Of a stretch of DNA of 64,000 nucleotides, positions 27,877 to 41,600 are shown piece after piece. Location: contig CM007991.1 in the NCBI GenBank assembly GCA_002189035.1, forward strand, positions 310,001 through 374,000, in the 5' to 3' direction. Numbering within the stretch: the first letter of the stretch is position 1; the number at the start of each line of letters is the position of its first letter. Origin of the DNA: Utricularia gibba (lineage: Eukaryota > Plantae > Magnoliophyta). The position numbers were made by a program, and so were the translations under genes. Below the pieces are notes generated by a model, which saw nothing but the letters and a program-made list of their open reading frames with translations, was not told where the DNA came from and ran no database searches.

Positions 27877-30800
27877 ATGGTCGCCGCCGGGAAACGCCAG
27901 ACCACGGTTGATACGAGTACGCTGTTGTCGGAAGTAGCTTCTTTTGCTTCAACGCTCGGCTTCTCCTCGGCGGCAGGTGATGCATCCGGCTTCAACGATT
28001 CTGATTTCCGGAAGGCGGGTCCTGTCAAAGCAGCCTCTCGGTCATTCTCCTCACCTAATAAAGACAGGCCGAAAAAGAAATTGAATGGTAAAAGGCAGGA
28101 GAGCAATGCTGACGGAAGGCGTAATGGAGATCAGGGTTCCAAGGCGGAGCCGAAAAGTGAATCGGTCGTTGACATTGTTGACGAGAGGTTTAAGAATCTT
28201 CCAAAGCTTCCATTGGTGAGTTGTAGTAAACTAGGGGCGTGGTACCGTGATGCGGCTGAGTTGGAAGAGAAAGTATTAGGAAAGAAAAATAAAATTGAGT
28301 TTAGCAATGCCGAAGACTGGAAGATGTTTGTGGAGAAGAAGAAGGACTTCGGGCAGCGTCTAATGGCTCAGTATGTCCAAGATTATTGGTCATCGAGAGG
28401 GCAACGCAGTGATATAAAGATGCTTGTTTCCACTCAGAGGTCGGGAACTGCTGCGGATAAGGTCTCAGCATTGTCTGTTTTGATTGGGGATAATCCAGTT
28501 GCCAATTTGAGAGCAATTGACTCCCTGTTAGGTAACTTCTTTCTCAGAAAGATCTTTCTTTAGTATTTAGAACGGCGTCAGTTCTTGATATTTTGCTTGT
28601 AATGGTATTAGCAAGTGCTTTAGCTGTTGTTTTCTGCAAGGCTTTTTCATATGTGATTGAAAAAATGCAGGAATGGTCACTTCGAAAGTTGGAAAAAGAC
28701 ATGCATTCACCGCCTTTGGGTCCCTGAAAGAAATTATGATTATGTAAGTCAACACTTGATTTTTTTTCAGTTACTCCCACGGAGAAACTGCATGAAGCTA
28801 CTAAAATGTTTAAAATATGATATTTACGTGAGCCCGTTCTAACACTGATGAGCCGATGAGTGATGATCCAGTTGTTGGCGTATTTGTTGTTGGCTCTTTC
28901 TCTTTTGGTCTTGTTCGTAGGGTCAATATTTACGCTAATATTATTTCGGCCAGTCTTCTGCCAGATCGGAAACTGAAGCCTCTCATGCAACGGCCTTTGA
29001 ATCATCTACCAGAAAATAAAGATGGCTACTCTCTATTACTTTTTTGGTACTGGGAGGAGTGCTTGAAGGATAGGTATTCGTACATTTTAATTTTGTATTA
29101 TATCGGATACTTGTGGTTCATACACGCGAGATTTAATTTATGAGAAAAGCTGCTGCCTATAAATATTAACTGGATGTTTTCAAATTATTTAGATATCAGC
29201 AATTTATTTCTGCCCTCGAGGTAGCTTCACTTGATGTAGTAGTCGAGCTCAAGAGTCTTGCCTTGAAGGTTAGTTGCCTTTTCTTAGGTCGTTCTAAAAA
29301 TCCCAAAAGTTATTGATGTATGATTATTGTGTTCTGGATAATTAACTGTGTACCCCAATACAAAACCTTTGGCATATTAGTCTTTTGTTTATTCAGTGTT
29401 TTTTTCATGATTTTTTTACACTGCATTTCTCTATTGATACCACCACATTCGTGTGGATGTTTCCCACAGCCTTTGCATAGACTTAGATATTTTTTAAGCA
29501 AGAAAATGAAAAAGAGCATTTTTAATCTAAGATTAAAGTGGCATCAACCCTCAATCTGATTTATCTGATATTTTTGAGATCTTACTCCTACTCCGGATGA
29601 ATGTTGCAGACCATATATGTTTTGCTTAAAAGCAAACCAGAGCAAGAGAGGAGGTTGCTCTCATCCTTAGTGAATAAGGTGAACAAATTTGTGTTGTATG
29701 AAATTACTGGGGCGACATTGTTAAAACGATAAAACGCCTCTACAGCTCTCCTGTTTTCTACATGCAGCTGGGAGATCCTGAAAACAAGGTCGCCTCAAAT
29801 GCCGATTATCATTTGTCTAACCTTTTATCTGAACATCCAAATATGAAGGTATTGACGTTATTCTTGTGTGCCCTACCTTGAATCATTAGGATTTAATTTG
29901 TAAACAAGCAAGCTCATGCTTTACACATTTTTATTTTTGTGCTGTGATGAAGCAAAATTTCCATTTGTAGAGTTTCTCTTTTTGCAGGCAGTTGTGATTG
30001 ATGAGGTGGACCATTTCCTCTTTCGACCACATCTTGGATTTCGAGCGAAGTATCATGCTGTAAGTAATAGTGAACATTTAATTGTTCTATTTCTTGAGCA
30101 TCACCCATCAGCCTAACTGCTGGAACACAGGTCAATTTTTTGAGCCAAATCCATTTGTCTCACAAGGGGATGGCCAAAAAGCTGCAAAACGATTGATTGA
30201 TATTTATTTTGCTCTCTTTAAGGTAATCTTAAAGAGATCTTCTCATTTTGAATCCTATGAAGTATTTATGATACACTTCTGAATATTTCCATTGTAAGTC
30301 TACTGTTGAACCTGTATATTCTGTGTTGGGGTTTGAAATTGACACTACTTTCTGCTCCCTAAGGTTTTAATATCGGAGTGTGGTTCTAGCCAATCTGATG
30401 AAAAGAATCAGAAAAAGAGACCCAGTTCCTTAGAAGAGGATAAATTAAAAGAAAATTCTGGATCGCATATAGAAATGGATTCTCGGTTGTTGTCTGCTCT
30501 TTTAACAGTAAGTACAGTAGTCCTTGTGTGATGGCTGCACTACCCCTTTTTCATTGTCAAGCATAGATGATTAACACCGCCCTGTCTATGATTCAGGGTG
30601 TTAACAGAGCTTTTCCTTACCTGCATAGTGATCAAGCGGATGACGTGGTTCAAGTCCAAACGCCATTGTTATTTCAGATGGTACAAATCATGTCGATTTT
30701 CAAGTGTTGTTATCTCAGGCATAATTTTTTTCAGGAATTTGTGTTGGTTTTCAGGTTCACTCAAAGAACTTCAATGTTGGAGTTCAAGCATTAATGCTTC

Positions 30801-33159
30801 TCGACAAGATCTCTTCCAAGAATCAAGTTGTGAGCGACCGGTTTTATCGGGCATTGTACTCGAAACTTTTGCTACCGTCTGCAATGATATCTTCAAAGGT
30901 CTTGATCTATTTCAGTTCTTTGAGATTTTTGTTTGATTTTTATTGAACTTTTCTCAGCCTGCAAGTACTCTGGGCTGTACTGTACAATATGCTTTTTTTC
31001 TTGGTTTTAAATGCCACATTATCTCCTTTTGCTGTCACTGTGCGATGTATTTTTTTTCATTATTGTTTTACTTGTTACATCAGGTCCTTTTTGAAGTTCT
31101 CTTACAATAGTTGAGTGCACTTTTTGCAGGAGGAAATGTTTATTGCACTTATATTGCGAGCTATGAAGAATGATATCAATATTAAGCGAGTTGCTGCATT
31201 TGCAAAGCGTTTGTTGCAGGTTTTATTCAATTTTCTTGTATCATAATACATTTTTAAAGGCACTTTGGCGTATTGGTGTTACGTGGTTTTTGTTTGGTTT
31301 TTCACTTCTCATTTTCAGCGCATGAAATTGATCTGTAGGAAATTGTCTTTACCAAAGCGATATATGAGCTCTTGCTCGTTTACCATCATAAATGCTATTT
31401 GTTCATCTGTGTTGTTAACCCCATCTCTGAGCAGGTGTCCCTACAGCTACCTCCTCAATATGCCTGTGGATTTCTTTTCCTGCTCTCTGAAGTTCTTAAG
31501 ACACGGCCTCCTTTATGGTTAGACCCGTTTATTTTTTGTTCTTTGTAAAAGCTGTCATCCCCTTGATAGAGAACTTTGCCAATGTTGTTTTGTGGAACGT
31601 TTGACGTACATAGGAATATGGTGCTTCAAAATGGTGTTGCAGCTGCTGAAGATGAGGATCTTGAACATTTTGTAGATATACCTGATAATGATGATACGCC
31701 AGCTTCTCCTGCCATAGACAGGGAAGAAAGTGAAGCTGGTGGCTCCGAGGCTGGAAATGATGCTGATAACGGTTCCTCAGCTGATGATGCCAGCATTGCA
31801 TCTTCTGATTCTGAATTCTGCAATTTTAGTGAAGAAGATGATTTACTTGGGAATGCTGGTCTTGTTAACTTTGAGGAAACAAACTCGAACGTTGGCAGCA
31901 AGAAAACACGGAGTCTTCCAACTCCTGTGCCAAGTAGTCTCTATAATCCACGACACCGGGATCCTTCTTACTGGTAATTCTTAATCTTTGCTTGGTCCCT
32001 GTTATCTATTTCTAAGTGTTTAGTGAGCCATCATGGGGTCCATTCATGCGCATACTTTGTTGTGTTCATATTCAACAGCAATGCTGATCGAATAGGCTGG
32101 TGGGAGCTTTCTGTGCTTGCTTCTCATGTCCATCCATCTGTGTCAGCCATGGCCAAAACTCTTCTTTCCGGGGCAAACATTCTGTATAACGGGAATCCAC
32201 TGTATGATCTCTCATTGCCTGCTTTCCTGGACAAATTCATGGAGAAGAAACCTAAGCAAAGTGTATGGCATGGTCCATCACAAATTGAACCTGCGAGAAA
32301 GGTTAGACCATTCTTTCTGAACACGCCTCCCCTCTTGCCCATATAAAAAACATGCATATTGGTGGATAAATGCACCCATAATACGTATTTTTGTTTCCCT
32401 TGTGCCCTTGGGTAGGAATAGATATATGCGATTTGGAAAGTTCCTTGCTGCTCGTGAGCTTTTATATGAAGAATAGATCCTACGAAACATTTTTTGAATG
32501 CTGCACCTAACTTATCCTTGGCTTTGCTGCTCAATCTTTAAACCTGTTTCCTGCAGATTGACAAGATGAATCACCAGCTGATCGGAGCTGAAATATTGTC
32601 ACTAGGGGAAGATGATGTTCCTCCTGAAGACGTAGTTTTCCACAAGTTCTACATGAACAAGATGAACTCATCCAAGAAAACCAAAAAGAAGAAGAAGAAG
32701 AAGAAGACAGAAGAGGATGAGGCAGCCGAAGACCTGTATGTGGTCAATGGCAACGAGGATCAAAGCGATGATGAACAGATTGATGACGAAGAGATTGATG
32801 ATGCTTTCGATCACTCCGTCCCGTCACCAGAACCCAACGGTGAATACGACTACGACGACCTGGACAAGATTGTGAATGAAGATGAAGACGAGCTGATCGA
32901 AGATGTTAGTGACCAGGAAAATGAGACCCTTTCCGATGAGTCTTCCCAGGAAGGCGACGAAATGGGTGAGATGGACGACAACGATGGCTTCATTCTCTCT
33001 GAGGACATCAGCAACAAGAAGAAGAGGAAATCTGGGGCGTCTCCTTTTGCCAGCCTCGACGACTACCAGCATCTGATAGAAGAAGATGATGATAACAAGT
33101 CATCAACGCAAAACAAGAAGCGGAAATCAAGAAAGGCAAAGGCCCGGAAACCAGAGTGA
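27877..33159 (+). CDS. SWA2: NOC1/MAK21 (CEBPZ-like, CBF domain) 60S biogenesis factor, SLOW WALKER2/EDA25 type; apparent 1-bp deletion at 30166-30169
   Basis: SGFNDSDFRK, SGTAADKVS, LLPDRKL, WYWEECLK, SKPEQERRLL..LVNKLGDP, DSRLLSALLTGVNRAFP, SDRFYRALY, YNPRHRDP, HVHPSV, FLDKFMEKKPK, acidic C-terminus with SPFASLDDY. Confidence 0.95.
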
Positions 33160-33884
33160 ATTTTTGTTTTCTTATTCAGCCTAATTATTCCAAACACAAT
33201 AGCACGAAAAGTTGGAATGCATCCGACAATTAGTGGTTAACGTCAGTTATTCCGTATTCGATGTTTGTCAGAATAAATTATGAGCAGCATTCGATTATTT
33301 GTATACATTTTTTCTACAAATTGCGATTGAGAAATGTGTTGTACCCTTACAAACCCTTACAAACAGTTCACCAGTCAGTCCAGCTGAGACATATATAAAA
33401 TATTTCTTTTTTAAAAAAATTTTTAGAAGTAATTTCATTATCTGACATAAATTATTTATATTTGAAAAACAAAAAAATAAAACTTATTTCTTATATTTAA
33501 TAAACTTCAAATTTTAAATTTTTATTTTATTATAAAAAAATTCTCGAAAAATCCTCAAAAATTATTTTTCGACAAATGTACTCAAATAAGAATTTAGTGA
33601 GAGTATTTTTCCAGTGTTTTATTACCTAAGAGGAACGACAGAAGAACCAAACAAAAAACCCACCAAGGTATGTTGTCTATGATCTCATGCGACTGCCAAG
33701 TTCACCAAGAAGGCGACACGCCAAGAACAAAAAAACCAATGCCTTCCCCCTCCTCTCGCTGCTGAGTCTCATCGCATCAAAGTTTCCATCAAACACCCAC
33801 GCAGATGACATACATACAGCACTACTCACAAAAATAACATTAACTAAAACCAGAATGCCGATTCCTCTTCACAATCTTAGACCA

Positions 33885-36800
33885 TTATCGGGGCTTCCAC
33901 TCGCCTCCCCTTCCCAAAAATGAGGTTTGGGAGAGGAATGATCTGGGAGCTGTAAAAACTGTGAACGTTTGTTTTTTAGAGGTGTTTTGGGTCTGAGTTC
34001 GAGTAAATGCCGCCAGGCACCACTGAAAAGCACTAGCTAGCACTTACAAAGATGTTTGCTTTTGGTGATGCGTCTGCTCCTTATATTTGCTAGATAAGGA
34101 TCCTGGTAGATCCAGGTGATCTAAGCTGGGAGCAAAGGAATAGTTAAAATCGTACCTTTGGCACCGCTTCCAGATGCATGATCCTCTTTCCCTTTGATGG
34201 TGGATGGAGATTCCAGGAGAAGGTTGTACTGTGAAGGACAAACGGATTAAAGCATCACAAAAGAAGTGGGCAGCAGAGGATATAGGTACACTTATGACAG
34301 TACACAATACCAGGGTCGTGGAAAAAGTTACTCTCGGTGTAATTGTCTTCAGACGATGGGTGAGCTTGAGGAAATCCCATTCTCAACTTCCAGAGATCAT
34401 CTGATGACAGGTTGACCGGATCTCGCCCATCTTCTGTATCATCATCACCTTCAGAGGTGGTGGCGAATATCCAGTCAACAAAATTCTCCACTCCACGGCT
34501 CTTCCTTCCAAAGTTCAGTAACCTTTTAAACCCCTAGTCATATCCTTGCGAGATGAATTACTTGGGACATAGGATGCCGAAACGGGATTCTCAGCTGTTC
34601 CTCATTTCTTCCTCGTATGAGTACCATTGGTGTTTAAGGAATTTGAATTCCACAAGGCAGGATTTCCAACAGGGGAATCTGCTGAGGCATCAACGTCTGA
34701 CATCTCTTGCTGAAAAGACCAGAGCTTTTGGCTATGGGAATTCCATGTTATAGGGCATCCCTCAGACCATTCTGGCTCAGAGTCACGGGCCATGTTCTTA
34801 GAGATTTCTTTGGGAAAACTTGGGTCAATGTGAGAATAGGCGAGATCATTATCAACAATTTTGAAGCCAAAATTCAGACACTTGTCGGAAGCCACCAACG
34901 TCTCCTCATCTCCCACACTTCCGCTGACTTCAGTTCTGGAAGTCCCAAAAATATGGCCACTGATAAGACTGCTCTCCATTTCTGTACTCTCATACGCCTG
35001 GTCATCATCGTCTCCTAGACTTTTGAAAGGCTGAGTTCCTGTAGAGGCCTTTGATCTGGTTGCGTCCTTTTGTGAAACAAACCTAGCACGAGCACCTTTT
35101 TTAAGAAAAGGCCTCATCACCATAGTTTCCTGAAGTTCGTCGTTGAATTTTATTGGCGCCAACATAGAACCTTCACAATCAAAAGAAGAGTGTGCAAATA
35201 CATTCCCAGGACTTTTATTTAGTGACTGTAATCTCCATGATTTCTCCTTGTCTGCAACTGTTTCTTCAACCGCAAATTTGCTATGAGGTTGCTTCCTAAC
35301 CTGTGAACGATTTGTTTTATTGCCTCCATTAGATGGCATATTGCTTTCCTTGCGGAGATCAGATATGTTGGGGACAGATTGTTCAAGTGCATTCTCAACT
35401 TGCATTCTCCGTTTTCCCATATTAGCTGATGGCTTCGAAGCAGCTACACTGTGAGGAGTTGAAGATGGCATATTTCTTAGCTTCTTACCCCACATTCTAC
35501 CACTTCCAATCAATATGTCGTGTCCACTCTTCTCTTCGTAGTCATATTCACTATCTTCAAATTTTAGCGCCTGCTGTCATAAGGTAATTTATGCAAAGTT
35601 CATTATTAAATCCACTTAGATCTAAAGAAATATTTGACAGACTATGAAACACACCTGCTCCCTTTTTGTAAGTGCACTGCTAATAAAGGATCGGACTCTC
35701 TCTGTACGTTTATGAGCACTGGTCACTGAATCCTGTCCATATACAGCAGCTTCACTTTGGTCATCAAGTTTAGCCTTCATTTCAGAATTATTCCTCTCAA
35801 AAATATCCTGCAAATTTTTCATCCTTGCTTCCTTCTCTATTTTGTTGGAACTCCACCCTTCTCTCAACTTCGTATCCCTTTTCTGGACATATCGGTCATA
35901 GAACTTCCCTTGAGAACCCTCTGAGACGCTAAGCTTGGGGAAATTTTTCGCAAGGGCGTCAAAACAGCTTTGGGTGTCAGTTATCTCAAGGTTAGGAGTA
36001 GAGGTGAACCTGGATTTTTCCCTTGAACTCCCAGTATGTTTATTTGACGGGGAATAAGCAGGTAAAGGATTTGTATCCCCCACTGTGCTTGAGTTGGGTA
36101 AGCAGGCCTCTCGCTCAGCACGTATAGAGTCTGACTTCCCAGTATTTTCATAATTAGACTGATCGCCCGCTACACGCAACTTATGCTCAGCAAAGAGCTT
36201 TTCAAGTTCATTTGCTTTAATCCTCAATTGATCATTGACATCATGATTTCTCTTAGACAGCCCTTGACTCTCATGAGAATCGGAGGCACTTTTACAAGAA
36301 GGGGGCGCCTTATGTCCAGTGAAAAACCCTTCGTCTTGCCTGGCTATGGCTTCATTTCCAAGCATATCTACTGACCATCGCTTGCGAAGTTCCATGTTTT
36401 CAGGAGCTGTATCCAACTCCTTCCCAACTGTAATCTCAACATACCTGGCTCCTTGCTGCGCAGGCAAAACAATAATATCACTCGAATTATTGTAGCAAGC
36501 AGGACCCAGGATCCTTGAAACAGAAATAGAGCCCTCCAATGTCCCACACCTTGCCATATTCCTCTGAGTGGGCGTCAAATTTACTTGCAAAGCAGAAGCA
36601 TCTCTGCATTCAGAATATGCTTTTTGAGTCACACCACCGTTGCTTCCATTCCTAATTGTCTCAACTGAAGAGCTCTGTTGTTTCTGTTCAGTCATCTTCG
36701 ATTGGGGATTAAGAAGATCAAAGCCAGTTTCCATCCCTTGATCCCCAATAAAAGCATCATTCACACTTCTACACATGAAAGAAGCTTTTGAATTGTCATC

Positions 36801-38617
36801 CAACTTTTTTATACTTGGAGTGTTTCCAGCAGAAAAATTTGAGTGAGCCTTGCCACGATCCTTCAAAGCGTCATCAAACTGGGCCTCCCTAGGTGCTTGA
36901 TTGCCCTAACCATCAGTTGCGAAAGGAAATAAATTATAACTAGGGTGACTGGTCTCACGGGACCATTGAGATGTGTCAGAAGAATTACTGTCCAATCTGT
37001 CATCACTGCACTTCCCCAAACCAGTCAAATCCTTGAACTCCGATTTAATTACCAAGGAAGTCCCTCGTGGATTTGAATTCAAGTTTTTAATATCCTGAGA
37101 GAGACTCACAGAGGCTGGAGTGCATATCGGGCTTTCAGCATTCTTTTTCTCAGCATTCAGATCAATGCTCATATCACTTGCTCCACTCCGCCTTATGACT
37201 GCTTTCTCTGGAGCCACCCCCACAGTTGAAATATCAGAAGACATTCTGTGCAATTCCGGAGACTTTCTAGTAACGGGTTTCCCCCAGAACTTTCCTTCTG
37301 TTTGCTTTCAAACATGTTTATTCTGTCTTGCACACTGAGCCGCCTTGTTGGCTGCGAGCTTTGAATAGACTCACTCATATCAACAGTAGTGTCATCTTCC
37401 CCAGTTGCAGTGTTGTCCTTACCTCCTCCATTTATCTCATCATTGGAGTCTTTACTGAAAGTGCGTTGCAAATGGAAGCTTGCAAGGGTGGACAGCTGGG
37501 TTGGTGGAGATGGTGTGTCAGAATCTAAGGACATATCCGACCCATATGAAGAGCGAACTCCCCGATCATCTGAACCGCATGTTCCCCAGTTACTGATGAG
37601 GTGAGGCCGCCTATTGCACAAAGACAGAAACTTGCCGCAGGCATCACTGCGTTAACGTGACAAAAAAATGTATAAGAAAACCGTGGAAAAAATCGGACTT
37701 TTTAGAGCAGCTTCCAACAGAAAATCTTACTTGAGGCGATGAGCACCAAATGTGTCAGCAAACATATGTAGTTCAGAAACAGTCTCAACGTTAAAACCTG
37801 CAGCAGCAGCACGTGCACTAGCTGAAGAGAGATCCTGCTGCACTGCCTCAAGCCTCACATCAATAGCTCTGAGCAGCTCCTTCCTGCACAAGTTGAACAT
37901 TTGTAATGGAAAAAAGAAAGCAGATTGCCGAACAAACAACTGTTGCCAGAAGATGATTAATCAAGTAATAAAATATGAAGAGATAAATACTTGGTAGCAT
38001 CATCTGCAGCTGTCGACCATGATAAGTGACCTCCTGCTCCCTAAAATACGTAGCGGCATGGAAGGGAAACAATTCAGAATTTCACAATTCCACTAGCAGG
38101 AATAGAGCAAATAAAAAACAACGTAGATGAACCTGTGCATATATCCTTCTTGCAGCTTCCAATTGTGACATCTCGGCATCATGAGTATTCACAACTTCTA
38201 GGATTTCGGGTGTGCTGACAAATCGAACAAACCTGTGGAATCAATTGGCACGCTTTTAGGCGGATAGAAGTTGAATTTCTCAGACAAGTTGCAAAGGATG
38301 AACCTCTCAAGCGTTCCCTTTGTGAACCACTCTTCGCTGTTTCTACATCGTCCTACCTCAAGCTTAATTGACTGCCCAACACTGGAAAATTGATCCTCTG
38401 CAGCCTTTAAATGTGCAACAAATGGCTTAAGCAACCCAGAAGCTATCTTCTCAGTGTTGCCACCGCTAGAGATGAATAAATCGCATCTGAGAAACAAGAA
38501 CAATTCTCACTGAATAATAGAATCAACCAATAAAGAACTTCAACAAAAATTAATTTACCTGCAGCGCTTTGGCGAAAGCTGAAATACAGCGTAATCCAAA
38601 GGTACGCCTGCCTTCAT
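33885..38617 (-). CDS. COP1-interacting-protein-related (CIP7-like) large protein; disrupted in this sequence by two in-frame stops and 2-3 frameshifts
   Basis: [117 protein letters not shown]. Matches the Arabidopsis At3g14172/At1g72410-type family as recalled. Confidence 0.85.
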
Positions 38618-41600
38618 CTTTCACCTATCTCTGTGCACCTGTTCACACGCATTACCAGTGCAGAATTTGGGTCCACTCAAAATATGAGGCACAAAATGGA
38701 ATCAAAGTGCAGTTCCCATCACGAAGATGGCAAACCACTTGCGACATCCAAACCCAAAATCCCATCTCCGGAAATGCAGCTCTACCGAATGCTTATCGGC
38801 AACGCCAACCTACAATTTCCGCACAAATCACTTCAACCAATACTGTCAACATACAAAAGATAAAACTAACGACGCCATTATCGCCGAAGATCTGATTACC
38901 CTGAAATACTACATCGAATCCAATCGGATAGAATCAGCTGGAGCGACTCATAAGCAAAGAAGAATCCGAATTTCCCAGGATTGGATGCGAATAGCGACAA
39001 TCCACCAGAATCTGGAACAGCATTACCACAATGAGAATTCTGAATCTTAAATTACCATACAACTCGGATTACAAGAGCTTTCTGCGAAGCGTTCCCAATC
39101 CAGAAGAAGAGGCCCCCCATTTTCTCTCTCAAGCTGTCTCCGGCGAGCCAAGAACTGGAGATTACATACGCTTTTTTTATAATAACAATTTTTAATAAAA
39201 TATGAAAAAATATTGATAAACTCAACGGCTAAATCTAACATTTTCAGACGTCTTCTCGCAGATAACGCGAATGCCGGATCTGGTCGCGCACGCAACGCTA
39301 CGTTTCATTCCTCCGATGCATCACGTTTCGGACGGCTCGACGGAGTCGAAAGGAGTGCCGCACACACACGGAGTTCGGAGATGCCGCCGGCGTCCTGGTC
39401 TAAGGATCCGCGATACTCAGATCAACTTCTCATTTCATGCCCATTTTCCCATCCTATCATGTCTTTTAAAATCGCTGACTACCGAAGACTGATTCATTAA
39501 GATATTTAAAATGAGAAATGGATTTTTCTTGTTTTCTTTTGTAATTAGAAATAGAAAGTTGATGCCTTGGTTATGTGAGTTATGGGCCTGGGTGGCTATT
39601 CCCATACTTGGGCCGGGCCTGTAGCCGGGGCACCAATCGCATGTAAATATTGAAACGCAATGTTGCTCGCTATGGGCAAACATGTACTTTCCCATCATTC
39701 AGAACCGTACTCCATCGACACTCTGGGCCCTCGCTTTTTATCGAGAACGGCTTTTACTTTTTAACTTTTAAAAAGTATTTTTCCATAAATAATGTTAATA
39801 AAATAAAAGGTATGTTCTTACCAATTACTTCTAAATTTCTTTTTTTTTTTTGAAATAGAAGCTTCTTGTGTATAATAAAAGAAAAGTAATTTTGATGTAT
39901 TTTTCCATAAACAAAAATACATTTATCATTATTTCTAAATATTTTCTTGAACACATTTTTTAAAAAAAAAAAAGAAAGAAAAGCCCCCCAGCACAACCAT
40001 CAATTACACGTCCATGTTTTGGGCCCAGAAGAGAGTAAATTCGGTGGGCGTAAATTGGTCACACACACAGAGGAGGCGGTGGTCCAGTGGAGTAGGTGTT
40101 TTGGGGGCTTATTTTATTCCTTTTGTTTTTTCATTATTTTGTAACATTTAATGAAAAAAAAAATAGTTACATTCCCAATGGTTTTATTTATTTTTGAATG
40201 GGGTTGGGGTGGCAGGGCAGCTTTCTTCTCCTCTCCACTTGCTCGTAGTCGTAAGCTACATGGTGGGTGGTTTGTGGCCGAAATGGGGCACCCCAAAAAG
40301 GTGCCCTCGTGGAGATGGTCATCTTTCTTTCTTTCTGTCTTTGTGTGTGTCTGTTTGTTTTAGGAGGGAGGGAGATTCGTGCGTGCATCGGTGCCTGTCT
40401 GGTATCGCACCATTGATTCTGTGGATGAGAATGCTCATGTAGCAACTCCTTCTTCATCTCAGCTTCCAAGAATGAATTTTCAGACATCCACACTTGACGA
40501 TTCTGTTGCAAGTGCATTTGCCGTGCAAAACACCACTTTCTCTTTACAATGTTATTCAAAACCATCCCAAGATTGGTATTCCTATTCATTATTTATTATC
40601 AAATTGCAGAGGACCGCATGGTTGAATATAAACTAAATAAATTTTGATAACGAGGCCAGCTTTATTAAATAATAAAGATCAACACATGACAATGAGTATT
40701 AAATCTACTATTTTCACTAAATAATGCAGATTAACATGTCATTTTGTAATAATATATTAGAGATTTTTTTTTTTTTGTAAAATATACCGTCATAACTGCA
40801 GTCTACCCACTCGGTTTTTATCTCCTAAACACAAACTCACGGTTAATTTGTGCAATATTATTCGTCTTAAATATTTAAATTTTAGAATTCTATATACTTA
40901 ATAATCACATTTTAAAAAGTTGCTTCAAATTATATACATTTGAATTTGAAGTTTCTGTCAAATAAAATATTTTATAAAATTTATATAATATTTTTACTCA
41001 ATCTTTTTGTTTTGGACGGAAAATCGGTGTGGCTTGAAAAGACGTCGGTCGCCGATGGTTGGACTCCGGGGTCTTCTGCCGGCATCCACGAAACTTCGAG
41101 GCGTCCTCCTTCTGGCGTTGCCGATGTTGAGTTGACTTTCTACTTTTGACTTTTGTAAACAATATTGGGATTATTTAAATATTGACGAGAGGGAGAATCT
41201 GAGAGACTCCGTTAGGAGATTTTTGTAGACAAGTTTAATCGTATTTAAAAACTCGTAAATTAATAATAATATATATTTGGTAGACATACTTATCAAAGTA
41301 TAGATACATTAAGGTATTTCAAAACTTAACTTTTAATTAAATTTCATTAATGAAGTCAAATTTAATAAAAATGGATACTAAAAATGTCTGTTTAATTAAT
41401 TATTATAAAATATTTATTTTGTATGCATCTACAAAACGTAATATTATTTTAAATTATCTACTAATGATTTCCAGTATTATAAAACGTGGGTGCTACTTGC
41501 GTGCGCGATTTTGCATTGGTTGACTCGCAGATGTTCCCTCCTTCCTTCCCCACGGCTGCAGTCTACTCTACACCGACTCCACTTTTTGTCCGAACGCGGT

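Noticed and set aside
28771-28800. Degenerate intronic copy of the NOC1 LLPDRKL exon start
   Set aside because: Similarity is short and gapped, and compatible with chance.
40410-40480. LAZY/DRO1 relic (minus-strand EMKKELLHEHSHPQN resembles MEKLL..LHKKIxPQN; LAZY genes flank LOX3/4 in Arabidopsis as recalled)
   Set aside because: Only a few residues match. There is no LAIGT motif or KWVKTD/IVLEI tail, and the splice signals point to the opposite strand.
40420-40492. Known microRNA precursor
   Set aside because: The stem is short and broken, and neither arm matches a conserved plant miRNA I know.
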